DNA of 63,323 nucleotides, filler included, from Desulfonatronovibrionaceae bacterium (lineage in GTDB: Bacteria > Desulfobacterota > Desulfovibrionia > Desulfovibrionales > Desulfonatronovibrionaceae): NCBI GenBank assembly GCA_046539845.1. It is 3 parts of 2 records of this genome, joined end to end, with 100 filler letters (N's around TTAATTAATTAA, not from the genome) between each part and the next. Parts side by side here need not be neighbours in the genome. Positions count along the whole stretch, not along the records: positions 32,224 to 63,323 come from JBKHGE010000025.1; 2 more parts are not named here. The stretch is one strand, 5' to 3'. Shown piece by piece: positions 39,404 through 49,656 of this stretch. Position numbers and translations under genes: made by a program. The number at the start of each line of letters is the position of its first letter. Position 1 is the stretch's first letter. The notes under the pieces were generated by a model. That model did no database searches. It had not been told where the DNA came from and saw nothing but the letters and a program-made list of their open reading frames with translations.

Positions 39404-41297
39404 ATGACAGAACCTTATTTTGCCACCCTGCCCCGACTGCTTCTGCGCCAGGCGGAAAGCAATCCAGACTCCACCGCCTTGCGGGAAAAGGAATGGGGGA
39501 TATGGCAGACCTATACCTGGGAGGAATACAAAACCGCTGTGGCTGAGTTCGCAGCCGGACTGGCCAAGCTGGGAATTGACCGGGGAGACATAATCATCCT
39601 TATCGGGGACAACCGTCCGGAGTGGCTGTGGGCAGAGCTGGGAGTGCAGGCCCTGGGAGGAATGGCCCTGGGGCTGTACCAGGACTCGTCCGCGGACGAG
39701 GTGGAATACATATTTCGGCTCACCGAGGCCCGTTTGGTGGTGGCCGAAGACCAGGAACAGGTAGACAAAATGCTGGAGATTCGGGAAAAAACCAATCTGG
39801 AGCATATCATATATCATGATCCGCGCGGCCTCTCCTCCTACACCGCAGAGGGGCTTTTCTCCTTTGACCGGCTCCGGGGGATGGACCGGGACGGGGCCAA
39901 AAAGTTCCCGGCCCGGGTTGAGAAAATCGCCCCTGAGGACCCCGCCCTGGTGGTTACCACTTCCGGGACCACTGGCCGGCCCAAGCTGGCTGTACTCTCC
40001 CACCGCAACCTCTTGGCTATGGCCTGCAATCTGGGCCGGGTGGACCCCAAGTATCGCACGGACGAATTCGTCTCTTTTTTGCCTTTGGCCTGGATCGGGG
40101 AACAGATGATGGCCGCGGCCTCCGCCCTGTACTACGGGTTCTGCGTGAACTTCCCGGAGGAGCCGGACACGGTGCAGACAGACATTCGGGAGATAGGCCC
40201 GCACCTGATATTCTCCCCCCCCCCGGGTGTGGGAGAACCTTTCGGCCCGGGTGCAGGCGGATATAATGGACACTACTCGTTTTAAACGCTTTTTGTTTAC
40301 CCACTTGTTTCCCTTGGGCCTGCGCCACGCCGAGGCCAGGTTGAAAGGCCGCCGGCCCTCGCCCGGGCTCAGACTGGGTCACCTGCTTGCTGAATTCGGC
40401 CTTTTTCGGGCCCTGCGCGACCGGCTCGGATTTTCCCGCATCCGCTCCGCCTCCACCGGCGGAGCAGCTCTCGGACCGGATACTTTCCGCTTTTTTCACG
40501 CCATCGGGGTCAACCTAAAACAGATTTACGGCCAAACCGAAATAGCCGGTATCTCCTGCATCCATCGCGACGGAAGCATAAATTTCGATTCCGTGGGCGA
40601 GCCCATTCCCGAAACCAGTATCAAGATATCCGCATCCGGGGAGATCCTTTCCCAGAGCCCGGCCGTGTTTCAAGGCTACTACAAAGACGAAAAGGCCACC
40701 CGGGAGACCCTGGAAAACGGCTGGCTCAAGTCCGGAGATGCCGGCTATTTCGACCAGTCCGGCCAGCTGGTGGTTATCGACCGCCTCAAGGATGTCATGA
40801 CGATGAAGGACGGGACCCGGTTCTCCCCACAATTTCTGGAGAACAAGCTCAAATTCTCCCCGTCCATTAAGGAGGCCGTGGTCCTAGGCCGGGACAGGGA
40901 TTATATCGCGACCATCCTATGCATTGATTTCCAGATCGTCGGACAGTGGGCGGAAAAAAACCTGATCACCTACACCACTTACCAGGATCTCTCGGCCAAG
41001 GACGAGGTGTACGGGATGATTCGCAGAGAAGTGGACCGGATCAACCACACCCTACCCGAAAGCACGCAGATCAAAAAATTCTGCCTGCTATTGAAAGAAC
41101 TCGATGCGGACGACGGGGAGCTGACCCGTACGCGTAAGGTAAGGCGCGGCACAGTGGAAGAACGCTACTCTGAGCTCATAGAGGGTCTGTATTCGGATAG
41201 ACCGGAGGCCCGCCTCAAGACCTCCATTGTCTACCAGGACGGCCGGGCCAGGGAGCTGTGCGGAAATATCCGCATCGAAACTGTTAATAACACTTGA
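39404..41297 (+). pseudogene. Long-chain acyl-CoA synthetase (AMP-binding), split by +1 frameshift in a C10 run (40215-40224)
   Basis: The 5' ORF has TSGTTGRPK and FLPLAW; the 3' ORF has YGQTE, SGDAG and IDRLKD. Removing one C restores FSPPRVWE. May be a sequencing error. Confidence 0.65.
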
Positions 41298-41392
41298 GCC
41301 GGCAAAATTAACAGCCAAAAGGCAACAAGGCCTTCTCGGTCTGCATGGGCAGCAGGACATGGAGGCAAAAAACCCGCAAAAAAAGGCACGGC

Positions 41393-42280
41393 ATGGAATA
41401 CTACCTCTACCTGATCATAAACGGCTTGGTTGTAGGCTCTATCTACTCCCTGGTGGCTCTGGGCTTTGTGGTTATCTACAAGGCCACCCAGGTGGTCAAT
41501 TTCGCCCAGGGCGAGCTGCTCATGGTCGGGGCCTACATCTGCTTCGCCCTGACCATACAGGCCCAGATCCCCTTTGTGCTCTCCTTTTTACTGACTCTGG
41601 GCTTCTCGGTAATCCTTGGACTGGCCATAGAGAGATTTGCCCTGAGACCGCTTATAGGGGAATCGCACATTAGTGTAATCATGCTCACTATCGGGCTCTC
41701 CTCGGTGCTCAAGGCCGTAGTCCAGCTGTTTTGGGGGACCAACGTCCGGGTCTTTCCCAAAGTCCTGCCCGCGGACCCGGTCCCGGTATTCGGCTTGCCT
41801 GTGGCCCCGGCATATATCGCGGCCATGATCCTTGCCGTGCTTTTGTTCACCATATTCACTGCCTTTTTCAAATTCTCCCGGACCGGCATAGCCATGCGGG
41901 CCACTGCCTTTGATCAGCAGGCGGCCCAGTCCATGGGTATCTCCATAAAAAGGGTCTTTGCCCTGTCCTGGTGCATAGCCTGTATCGTGTCCTCAGTGGG
42001 GGGGATTGTTTTGGGCAATATAAACGGAATAAACGCCCAGCTCGGGCACATGGGGCTCAAGGTATTCCCCGCGGTCATACTCGGCGGGCTGGATTCTCTG
42101 CTCGGGGCGGCAGTAGGCGGGCTGGTCATCGGAATCTTAGAAAACGTCTGCGACGGAGTGGCCAAACAGATCCTCGGCCTGGGCGGGGTCAAGGATGTGG
42201 CCGCCTTTGTGGTCCTGGTAATCATCCTCATGCTCAAGCCCTATGGTCTATTTGGGACCAAAGAGATCGAGAGGGTCTGA
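41393..42280 (+). CDS. LivH-type ABC permease
   Basis: NGLVVGSIYSLVALG, NFAQGE and VILGGLDS. Confidence 0.9.
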   Translation: MEYYLYLIINGLVVGSIYSLVALGFVVIYKATQVVNFAQGELLMVGAYICFALTIQAQIPFVLSFLLTLGFSVILGLAIERFALRPLIGESHISVIMLTIGLSSVLKAVVQLFWGTNVRVFPKVLPADPVPVFGLPVAPAYIAAMILAVLLFTIFTAFFKFSRTGIAMRATAFDQQAAQSMGISIKRVFALSWCIACIVSSVGGIVLGNINGINAQLGHMGLKVFPAVILGGLDSLLGAAVGGLVIGILENVCDGVAKQILGLGGVKDVAAFVVLVIILMLKPYGLFGTKEIERV

Positions 42281-42281
42281 G

Positions 42282-43328
42282 ATGCAGGACAAATGCGGAC
42301 TTTTCTTCACCTCTTACAGCCAAGAGGCTCAGCTGTTCCCGGGAAGATTCCAGAAAACAAGCCTGGCCGTTTTTCTGGTCCTGCTGGCCGCGGCCCCGTT
42401 TTATCTGGATACCTTTGTGATCTCCACCTTGAATCTGGTCTTGATCGCTGTGATCGGGGCCGTTGGCCTGAATATACTCACCGGGGCCTGCGGGCAGATA
42501 TCCCTGGGGCACGGGGCCTTTATCGGGGTGGGGGCCTATGCCTCCGGCTGGGCCACGCAGGCCGGTATCCCCTTTCCCCTGGCCCTGGTTCTGGGCGGGT
42601 TCGCAGCAGCCGGGGTGGGCATGTTCTTCGGGATCCCTTCGCTGCGGCTCAAAGGCATCTACCTAGCCATAGCCACCCTGGCCGCCCAGCTCATCCTGGA
42701 ATATATATTTTTGCATCGGGATGGCCTGACCGGCGGGGCCAATGGGATGTTTCTAGAGGCCCCGGTTATTTTAGGGTTCGCCTTTGACACGGACGAGAGG
42801 ATCTACTGGCTGATCCTGGCGGTGACTGCATTGTGCGTGCTCATGGGCGCGAATATAATGCGTACCCAGCCCGGACGGGCCTTTGTGGCCATCCGCGACT
42901 TCTATCTCTCCGCGGAGATAGCCGGGGTCAATTTGTTTACATACAAACTTTACGCCTTTGGTGTGTCTTCCTTTCTGGCCGGTGTGACCGGATGCCTGTG
43001 GGGACACTATACCATGTATATTGCACCGGAACAGTTCAATATCGGACTGTCCATCTCCTATCTGGCCATGATAGTTATCGGCGGCATGGGCAAGATACTC
43101 GGGGCCATCTTAGGAGCGGTGTTCATTACCCTCCTGCCTGAGGCCCTGAATATAGTCTCCGGATACTTTGGCAATTGGTTCCCGGATATCTCCGGCTCCA
43201 TACTGGCCCTGCGCGAAGGGGTCTTTGGCCTGGCCCTGGTATTGTTTCTCATCTTCGAGCCTGAAGGCTTGGCCCACCGCTGGAAAATGATCAAGGCCTA
43301 TTGGAAACTCTATCCGTTTGCCCATTAG
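42282..43328 (+). CDS. LivM-type ABC permease
   Basis: GQISLGHGAF, YLAIATLA and GRAFVAIRD. Confidence 0.9.
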   Translation: MQDKCGLFFTSYSQEAQLFPGRFQKTSLAVFLVLLAAAPFYLDTFVISTLNLVLIAVIGAVGLNILTGACGQISLGHGAFIGVGAYASGWATQAGIPFPLALVLGGFAAAGVGMFFGIPSLRLKGIYLAIATLAAQLILEYIFLHRDGLTGGANGMFLEAPVILGFAFDTDERIYWLILAVTALCVLMGANIMRTQPGRAFVAIRDFYLSAEIAGVNLFTYKLYAFGVSSFLAGVTGCLWGHYTMYIAPEQFNIGLSISYLAMIVIGGMGKILGAILGAVFITLLPEALNIVSGYFGNWFPDISGSILALREGVFGLALVLFLIFEPEGLAHRWKMIKAYWKLYPFAH

Positions 43329-43352
43329 GCAGACGCAACAAGGGGGAAGCTT

Positions 43353-44516
43353 ATGAAACGTCTGACGGTAGCACTCTTTCTTATTACCCTGTTTTTCACC
43401 ACCCAGGCCGGGGCGGAGACAATTAAAATCGGATCCATGATGGATCTCTCCGGGCCGACTTCCTCGGTGGGCCAACCCTACGCCAAAGGCCTGAAGGCCT
43501 GTGTGGACTGGATCAACTCCGAAGGCGGGGTGGCCGGAAACAAGATCAAACTCATCGAGGTGGACACCGGCTACAATGTCCAGCAGGGGCTTACCTCTTA
43601 CAAGCGCTTTGTCAACCGGGAAAAAGTGGTGGCCATCCAGGCCTTTGGCACCGCAGTCACCGAGGCCCTGGTCCGTTTTGCCAAAAAGGACCGCATCCCC
43701 CTTTTTTCCGCCTCCTACTCCGCACACCTGACCGATCCGGCCAAGGCCCCGTACAATTTTTTTATTGCTGCGGACTACTCCACCCAGATGCGGGTGGCCC
43801 TCAAATACTTCTTTGACAATTGGGAAAAGGAGCGTCAGCCGCGCATAGCCTTTATCTATCCGGACCACCCATACGGACTGGCCCCGATAAAGGGCGGGAA
43901 AAAATACGCCCAAAAACTCGGCTACGACATAGTGGGCGAGGAAAATGTTGGTCTCAAGGCGATCGACGCCACCACTCAGCTGCTCTCCTTGAAGACCAAG
44001 GCCCCGGACTACTGCTGGATCGGGGGGACCACCCCGTCCACGGCGGTAATCCTGAAGGATGCCCGCAAAGTAGGACTTGAAACCACTTTTTTCACCAATA
44101 TCTGGGGGGCGGACGAGGAATTGGTCAAAATGGCCGGAGATGCCGCCAACGGGGCCTATTCGCTACAGTCGGCCGCGGTTTACGGCCAGGATGTGGCCGG
44201 CATGGAGGTCATAGAAGAGATCACGGACAACAAGCCCAAAATGACCCATTACATTCGGGGTTTCGCCTCCATGCTGGTCATGGCCGAAGGGGTACGCATA
44301 GCCGCGGAGAACGAGGAGATAAACGGTCCGGGGATAAAAAAGGCCCTGGAGAGCTTGCGCGACTATGACCCTATGGGGCTCACCCCGCCTATCTCTTTTT
44401 TCCCGGACGACCATCGCCCCAATATGGCCGCCTTCCTCTACCGCTTCGAGGACGGAAAAATGGATTTCACAGGCTCCATGCATCTTGAGCGCAAACAGGA
44501 GTGGCTGGGAGAATAG
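43353..44516 (+). CDS. Liv-type ABC substrate-binding protein
   Basis: Signal peptide, DLSGPT and INSEGGVAG. Confidence 0.9.
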   Translation: MKRLTVALFLITLFFTTQAGAETIKIGSMMDLSGPTSSVGQPYAKGLKACVDWINSEGGVAGNKIKLIEVDTGYNVQQGLTSYKRFVNREKVVAIQAFGTAVTEALVRFAKKDRIPLFSASYSAHLTDPAKAPYNFFIAADYSTQMRVALKYFFDNWEKERQPRIAFIYPDHPYGLAPIKGGKKYAQKLGYDIVGEENVGLKAIDATTQLLSLKTKAPDYCWIGGTTPSTAVILKDARKVGLETTFFTNIWGADEELVKMAGDAANGAYSLQSAAVYGQDVAGMEVIEEITDNKPKMTHYIRGFASMLVMAEGVRIAAENEEINGPGIKKALESLRDYDPMGLTPPISFFPDDHRPNMAAFLYRFEDGKMDFTGSMHLERKQEWLGE

Positions 44517-44598
44517 CCCGGCCTGAAGACAAAAAAACAGGCAGTCTGGTCCTTATACAGCACATAGCCGGACTGCCTTAAACCTCAGGACCAAATAC

Positions 44599-45417
44599 AT
44601 GCGCCCAAAAGCTGCCGACCAAGAGGTCTTGGGTATCCGGAACATGGAGGTCGTCTACGACAACGTGATCCTGGTCCTTAAAGGCCTGTCCCTGACAGTT
44701 CGCCAGGGAGGGATCACCGCCCTTCTGGGGGCCAACGGCGCGGGCAAGACCACGACCTTAAAGGCCTTGTCCGGGCTTTTGCAGACCGAGGACGGAAAAG
44801 TGACCGACGGGGAGATCCTGTATCAGGGCAAACCCATCCACAATCAGCCCCCGGAAAAAATAGTCCGCCAGGGCATATTCCAGGTTATGGAGGGCAGGAG
44901 AGTCTTTGAGGACCTCACTGTCGAGGAGAACCTGCACTGCGGGGCCTACACCCGGCCCAGGAGCCGTTTCCAGCCCAATCTGGACAAGGTATACACCTAT
45001 TTCCCCAAGCTCAAGGACCGCTCCAGGCAAATGGCCGGATACCTGTCCGGAGGCGAGCAGCAGATGTTGGCCATCGGCCGGGCCATCATGGCCGATCCCC
45101 AGCTCCTGTTACTGGACGAGCCCTCATTGGGCTTGGCCCCCCTGCTGGTGGAGGAGATCTTCGATATAATCCGGGATTTCAACCGGCAGGAACTCGTCAC
45201 GGTCCTGGTGGTGGGACAAAATGCCAAAGCTGCCTTGGATATCGCCGAATATGGTTATATCATGGAAAACGGCCGCGTGGTCATGGACGGTACCGCCCGG
45301 GAGCTTTTGGACAATCCGGACGTGCAGGAGTTTTATCTGGGCATCTCCCACGCCGGGGGGAAAAGGAGCTATCGGAGCGTAAAACATTACCGGCGCCGCA
45401 AGCGCTGGCTGGGTTAA
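44599..45417 (+). CDS. LivF-type ABC ATPase
   Basis: GANGAGKTT, EGRRVF, LSGGEQQM and DEPSLGLAP. Confidence 0.9.
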   Translation: MRPKAADQEVLGIRNMEVVYDNVILVLKGLSLTVRQGGITALLGANGAGKTTTLKALSGLLQTEDGKVTDGEILYQGKPIHNQPPEKIVRQGIFQVMEGRRVFEDLTVEENLHCGAYTRPRSRFQPNLDKVYTYFPKLKDRSRQMAGYLSGGEQQMLAIGRAIMADPQLLLLDEPSLGLAPLLVEEIFDIIRDFNRQELVTVLVVGQNAKAALDIAEYGYIMENGRVVMDGTARELLDNPDVQEFYLGISHAGGKRSYRSVKHYRRRKRWLG

Positions 45418-45475
45418 AACCCGCAAGCACCCACGGTCCCGGGAGCCGGGACTGCAAGCACAGCCAGGAGGGATC

Positions 45476-46741
45476 ATGGGCCGAATTGAACGCGACAAAG
45501 GACTATTCCACCCACTGGAAGGCGTCCCCCGGGAGAAACGCCTGGAGGATAAATGGGACAAGACCGCCGCCCTGGTTTCCATGGCCGCGAAAAAGTCGAA
45601 CGAGTTCCGGGCCCGGCTGGCGGAAAACGGTATACACCCCGGGGACATCAAAAGTGCAAAAGATTTCCAGTCCGTTCCCGTGCTGCGCAAAAAAGACATC
45701 ATCCGTTTGCAGAAGGAAAACGGTCTGCAATGGATGCTTACCGCCCCGCTGGGCAAGATCCGGCGCATCTACCAGTCACCGGGTCCGATTTTCGATCCGG
45801 AAACCGACTCCAGAGATGGCTGGGGCTGGGCCGAGGCCTTTTTCGCCTGCGGGTTCCGGGCCGATGACCTGGCCCAAATCACTTTCAGCTACCACCTTAC
45901 CCCGGCCGGACTGATGCTGGAAGAACCGCTGCGGACCCTGGGGTGCTGCTGCATCCCGGCTGGGCCGGGGAACACAGAAAAGCAGATCGAACTCTTGACC
46001 GGACTCCCGGTGACCGGATTCGTGGGCATGGCTTCGTATTTGAAGATCATTGGGAAAAAGGCCCGGAGCATGGGACTGAACCCGGAAAAGGATTTCGGTC
46101 TGGAAGTGGCTTTTGTGGCTGCGGAACGCCTAACCGACTCTTTGCGCCGGGAAGTGGAGGATCTCTTCAATATCCGGGTCAGGCAGGGTTACGGGACTGC
46201 GGATGTGGGGTGCATCGCTTACGAATGTCCGGAACTCGGGGGTATGCACATTTCCTCCCGCTGCTGGGTGGAAATCTGCCATCCGGACACCGGCCGAGTC
46301 CTTCCGGACGGAGAAACCGGAGAAGTGGTGGTCACGGCCTACAATCCGGACTATCCCCTGATCCGCCTGGCAACCGGGGACATCTCGGTCATAGACACCG
46401 GCTTTTGCGCCTGTGGCCGTACTTCCAGGAAACTCCGGGGGATCCTCGGCCGGGTGGATGACACGGCCAAAGTCAAGGGTCAGTTTATCTACCCCTCGCA
46501 GGCCAAAGCCGCCTTAAACGGTTTCCCGCAGATCAGGCGCTGGCAGATTGCGATTTCCAACCCCGGAGGTCGGGACATTTTGACCCTGCGCATCCAGACC
46601 CGATCTGGAATCGATCCCACGGAAGTGGCCCGGGCCTTTCAAAAGGCGGTCAAGCTCAAACCGGAGATAGTAAACTTCACCGAAGACTGCACCCTGAGTG
46701 AAGACTCGCCCCTACTCGTGGACGAGCGCCAATACGATTGA
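45476..46741 (+). CDS. Phenylacetate-CoA ligase family protein (divergent)
   Basis: QSPGPIFDPE, YHLTPAG, QGYGTAD and IRLATGD. Confidence 0.8.
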   Translation: MGRIERDKGLFHPLEGVPREKRLEDKWDKTAALVSMAAKKSNEFRARLAENGIHPGDIKSAKDFQSVPVLRKKDIIRLQKENGLQWMLTAPLGKIRRIYQSPGPIFDPETDSRDGWGWAEAFFACGFRADDLAQITFSYHLTPAGLMLEEPLRTLGCCCIPAGPGNTEKQIELLTGLPVTGFVGMASYLKIIGKKARSMGLNPEKDFGLEVAFVAAERLTDSLRREVEDLFNIRVRQGYGTADVGCIAYECPELGGMHISSRCWVEICHPDTGRVLPDGETGEVVVTAYNPDYPLIRLATGDISVIDTGFCACGRTSRKLRGILGRVDDTAKVKGQFIYPSQAKAALNGFPQIRRWQIAISNPGGRDILTLRIQTRSGIDPTEVARAFQKAVKLKPEIVNFTEDCTLSEDSPLLVDERQYD

Positions 46742-46823
46742 CCACCAGCAAAAGGCAGCTTTCGGGGCCGGGCATGCAAGCGCCTGGACGATCCGCGGGG
46801 CGCATAAAATAGGCCGGGCCCGG

Positions 46824-47081
46824 CTACAAAACCATCTTCACCTTTTTGCAACAGGCCAGATCATTGCCCAGATCGCGCATTTGCCTGCGGTTTTGTACAT
46901 ACACACTGAAATGAAAGCTGCGATAGCTGCCCTCCCTGGACAGCCTGCCTTCCTCCACCCTGGCGCGGATACCTCTTTTGTTAAGAATGGAGACTATATC
47001 TTCGCGTACACCGTCCTCAGCCAGGGCTATGACCTTGTACTCCCAAACGCGGGGAAACTCCAGCTTCCCTGCATCTCCCAT
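46824..47081 (-). CDS. DUF493/YbeD-like ACT-fold protein
   Basis: LEFP..YKVI, SREGSYRS and VKMVL; GGAGG RBS. Confidence 0.8.
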   Translation of the reverse strand: MGDAGKLEFPRVWEYKVIALAEDGVREDIVSILNKRGIRARVEEGRLSREGSYRSFHFSVYVQNRRQMRDLGNDLACCKKVKMVL

Positions 47082-47144
47082 ACCAGTCCTCCATACGCTT
47101 TTAGGGACATCCTTCTGTCCACCAGTTCATAACCACTGAAAAAT

Positions 47145-47172
47145 TAAAGAAAATCTCCCCGGGTGCCGATAA
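47145..47172 (+). promoter_or_regulatory. Sigma28 (FliA) promoter
   Basis: TAAA-N16-GCCGATAA with a perfect -10 element. Confidence 0.65.
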
Positions 47173-47298
47173 AGTAAAAAACCAGTTTTTGAAAAGCCGC
47201 AAATCCGCTTAAGGTGCGCCTGTCTTCGGGCGGGCAAAGCCTCCTGGTTGAGAGCACAGGATACGACCCCGAAAAGCAGGCGGCAAGAGGAGGTCCTT

Positions 47299-47484
47299 AT
47301 GGAAACCCGGTTAAACAAAGTCCGGGCCCCAGTTGGCACCAACCCGAATCCAGGGGAAAAAGAGCCCAGACGCAAAGCAGCGGCGGACAACAAAGGACAG
47401 AAAAGCCCGCCTGAACTCCGGGAAGAAGATTTCAGCATCCTTATCCTGTACAATTCCCAGGGACAACTGGTCAAAAAATACTGA
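47299..47484 (+). CDS. Small hypothetical protein (61 aa)
   Basis: GAGGAGG RBS 5 nt upstream of ATG; lies downstream of the sigma28-like promoter. Confidence 0.65.
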   Translation: METRLNKVRAPVGTNPNPGEKEPRRKAAADNKGQKSPPELREEDFSILILYNSQGQLVKKY

Positions 47485-47522
47485 TCCGGGCCGCCGCAAT
47501 TCATCCACAATGCGAGGAACCT

Positions 47523-47642
47523 TAATCGACTGTTGAAAAGATCCCTATATCGCAATTGACTGCGGAGACCCCAAGGGAAGGCGCAGACAAATCCAAGGCC
47601 AAAGCAGACTAATCCGTGTGCCTAGAGGGTGTTGACTTTGCC
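47523..47642 (+). repeat. Degenerate dispersed ~120-nt repeat (MITE/REP-like)
   Basis: GACTGTTGAAA..CCAAGG..CAAGGC..AAGC..ACT..TTGA..TTGCC blocks collinear with the copy at 49657. Confidence 0.5.
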
Positions 47643-47712
47643 CTTTTGCTGTTAGGAAAAAATTTAAGGACAGACTGTTTACACAAGGCCTTATTTCCTC
47701 CCGGGCGGATGA

Positions 47713-47988
47713 CTACTGGAGCTGAAAGGCCCGGACTGCGGCCAGGCACACGGCCCGGGCCGCACTTTCATTGTCCTCGCTTACAGTCACCTCATCCGGG
47801 CAGATGAACTCCGCCCTCCACAGATTGCTTTCTATGTCTTTGGGACACATGTCTTTCAGCCGAAAACCGTAACCCTTTTTTTGCAGATGCTCGGCCAATT
47901 CCAGTGCGGTCTGGATCTCTTGGCTGTAATTTTTTTCCGGTAGCTGAAAGAGTTCGGACACTTCAGCACTCAAATCCTTTCCCTGCAT
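47713..47988 (-). CDS. Hypothetical protein, possible phage ABA-sandwich-like domain
   Basis: NYSQEIQTALELAEHL...WRAEF...AARAVCLAAV pattern. Confidence 0.55.
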   Translation of the reverse strand: MQGKDLSAEVSELFQLPEKNYSQEIQTALELAEHLQKKGYGFRLKDMCPKDIESNLWRAEFICPDEVTVSEDNESAARAVCLAAVRAFQLQ

Positions 47989-48110
47989 CTAAACACCCCC
48001 GTCCCCTATTTGCGGTTTTTATCCTGTATGGTGACCGGAGCAAGGCTAGGGGCCAAAACCCAAAAGCGCAAGCCCGCCCTGGAGCAGAACGATCCTTTGG
48101 CCTTGCCTCC

Positions 48111-48824
48111 TCAATCATTCAGATAATAGGCAACAGTAGTCACCACACGCACACGTTTTATCTCCGGGGTATAGGCGTCCTGATCCTGGATAGTAAAAAG
48201 CCCCTGTCTGGCCCACTTGATATTGCCCACCTTGCTGCCGGAATCGCGGGCGAATTGCCTGGCCGCCTGGCGCGCGTTTTCAGTGGCCCGGGCGATCATC
48301 TCCGGTTTCACCTCGTTCAGGCCGGTGAATTCGAACCGGGGCTGGTACTGATAGTCTTGGACCAGGGCCACGCCGGAAGCGGCCAAAGCGCCTGAATCAG
48401 CCATGGCCTCCTTGACCTGCTCCACCTTCCCGGAGCGAACCATGAGCACGTCTTTGGCCTGATACCTGTATACCGGTGCATCTTGCCGGGCATATCCCTG
48501 GGCCTGAAAATCCTGTATCTGGGGGGCGGAGCGGGAGATCTCCGAAGGGTCAAACCCTTTGTCTTGCAGAAAGGAAATGACCTGCTCCCGGGAACTGCTC
48601 AATTGGTCATGGACCGGGCCCAGATCGTTGCCGGTCACGGAGATACACACCGGCCACAGGGCCATATCCGCCGGGATCTCTTTTACGGCCAGACCCTTGA
48701 CCGTGACGTAGCGTTCCGCGGCCTTAAAATCAAGAAGCGCCTGCCCCAGTACGTAGGCGGACAGAACCAGGCCGGCCGCCAGCAACACCCCCAATCCCCA
48801 TCCACCGAACCGTTCCCTGCTCAT
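48111..48824 (-). CDS. SIMPL (DUF541) domain protein
   Basis: N-terminal TM, RYVTVKGLA, KPEMIARAT..A.QFARDS and KRVRVVTT. Confidence 0.85.
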   Translation of the reverse strand: MSRERFGGWGLGVLLAAGLVLSAYVLGQALLDFKAAERYVTVKGLAVKEIPADMALWPVCISVTGNDLGPVHDQLSSSREQVISFLQDKGFDPSEISRSAPQIQDFQAQGYARQDAPVYRYQAKDVLMVRSGKVEQVKEAMADSGALAASGVALVQDYQYQPRFEFTGLNEVKPEMIARATENARQAARQFARDSGSKVGNIKWARQGLFTIQDQDAYTPEIKRVRVVTTVAYYLND

Positions 48825-49071
48825 TGCCTTGCTCCTTGGTATTAAGTCCTCGCGATAGGGATATAAAAGCACAGGGCGGGGACAAAAACAAGCCTGAAAA
48901 CCTCTGGGCGGCCCTTGGGGACTGCCGCCGCATCAGAGCCGCAGAAAAAGGACCCTTTTTGACAAAACAAAAATCCGGGTCTAAACTGAAAGCCGATAAA
49001 CGTCGGCCTGGACATAAAGGGCCTGTTACAGGTGGATCGCCGCCTGCAAAACGGTAAAAAACGGACAAGCC

Positions 49072-49629
49072 ATGCTCACAAGACAAAAGGCAATCAGCCT
49101 CCTGTACACTGAACTCGGAGAAGAAACCGCGCTTATCAACCACAGCCTGGAAACAGAGGCGGTCATGCGCGCCCTGGCCGGGAAATTGGGCTCGGACCCG
49201 GAATTGTGGGGCATAACCGGACTTGTGCACGACATAGACTATTCCCGGACCAAATCGACACCGGAAAGACACGCCCTAGAAGGGGCGGAAATGCTGGCCG
49301 GCAGGCTGCCGGAAGAGGCCCTCCGGGCCATAAAGGCGCACAATTCCGAATATACCGGCGTTGATCCGGAAACAGACTTCGATTTCGCCCTGCGTGCCGG
49401 GGAAACCGTGACCGGGCTTATCTCGGCCAGCGCCTTGGTCCGGCCGCAGAAGATGGAGGGCATGAAGCCCAAGGGCCTGAAGAAAAAGATGAAGGACAAG
49501 GCGTTCGCTGCTTCAGTGAGCCGAGAAAGGATACACGAATGCAGCCGGATAGGTCTGGAACTCACTGATTTTCTGGCCCTGTCCATCGCCGCTGTGTCCG
49601 GCATCGCCGGGGAAGTCGGCCTGGACTGA
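49072..49629 (+). CDS. HD-domain hydrolase
   Basis: NHSLETEA, VHDID, AIKAHN and KDKAFAASVSRE. Confidence 0.85.
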   Translation: MLTRQKAISLLYTELGEETALINHSLETEAVMRALAGKLGSDPELWGITGLVHDIDYSRTKSTPERHALEGAEMLAGRLPEEALRAIKAHNSEYTGVDPETDFDFALRAGETVTGLISASALVRPQKMEGMKPKGLKKKMKDKAFAASVSRERIHECSRIGLELTDFLALSIAAVSGIAGEVGLD

Positions 49630-49656
49630 GCCGGGCGGAGCCCGTTGCACCGCCCC

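Noticed and set aside
48972..48999. GCCGATAA sigma28-like -10 upstream of the HD gene
   Set aside because: No TAAA at 15-16 nt spacing.
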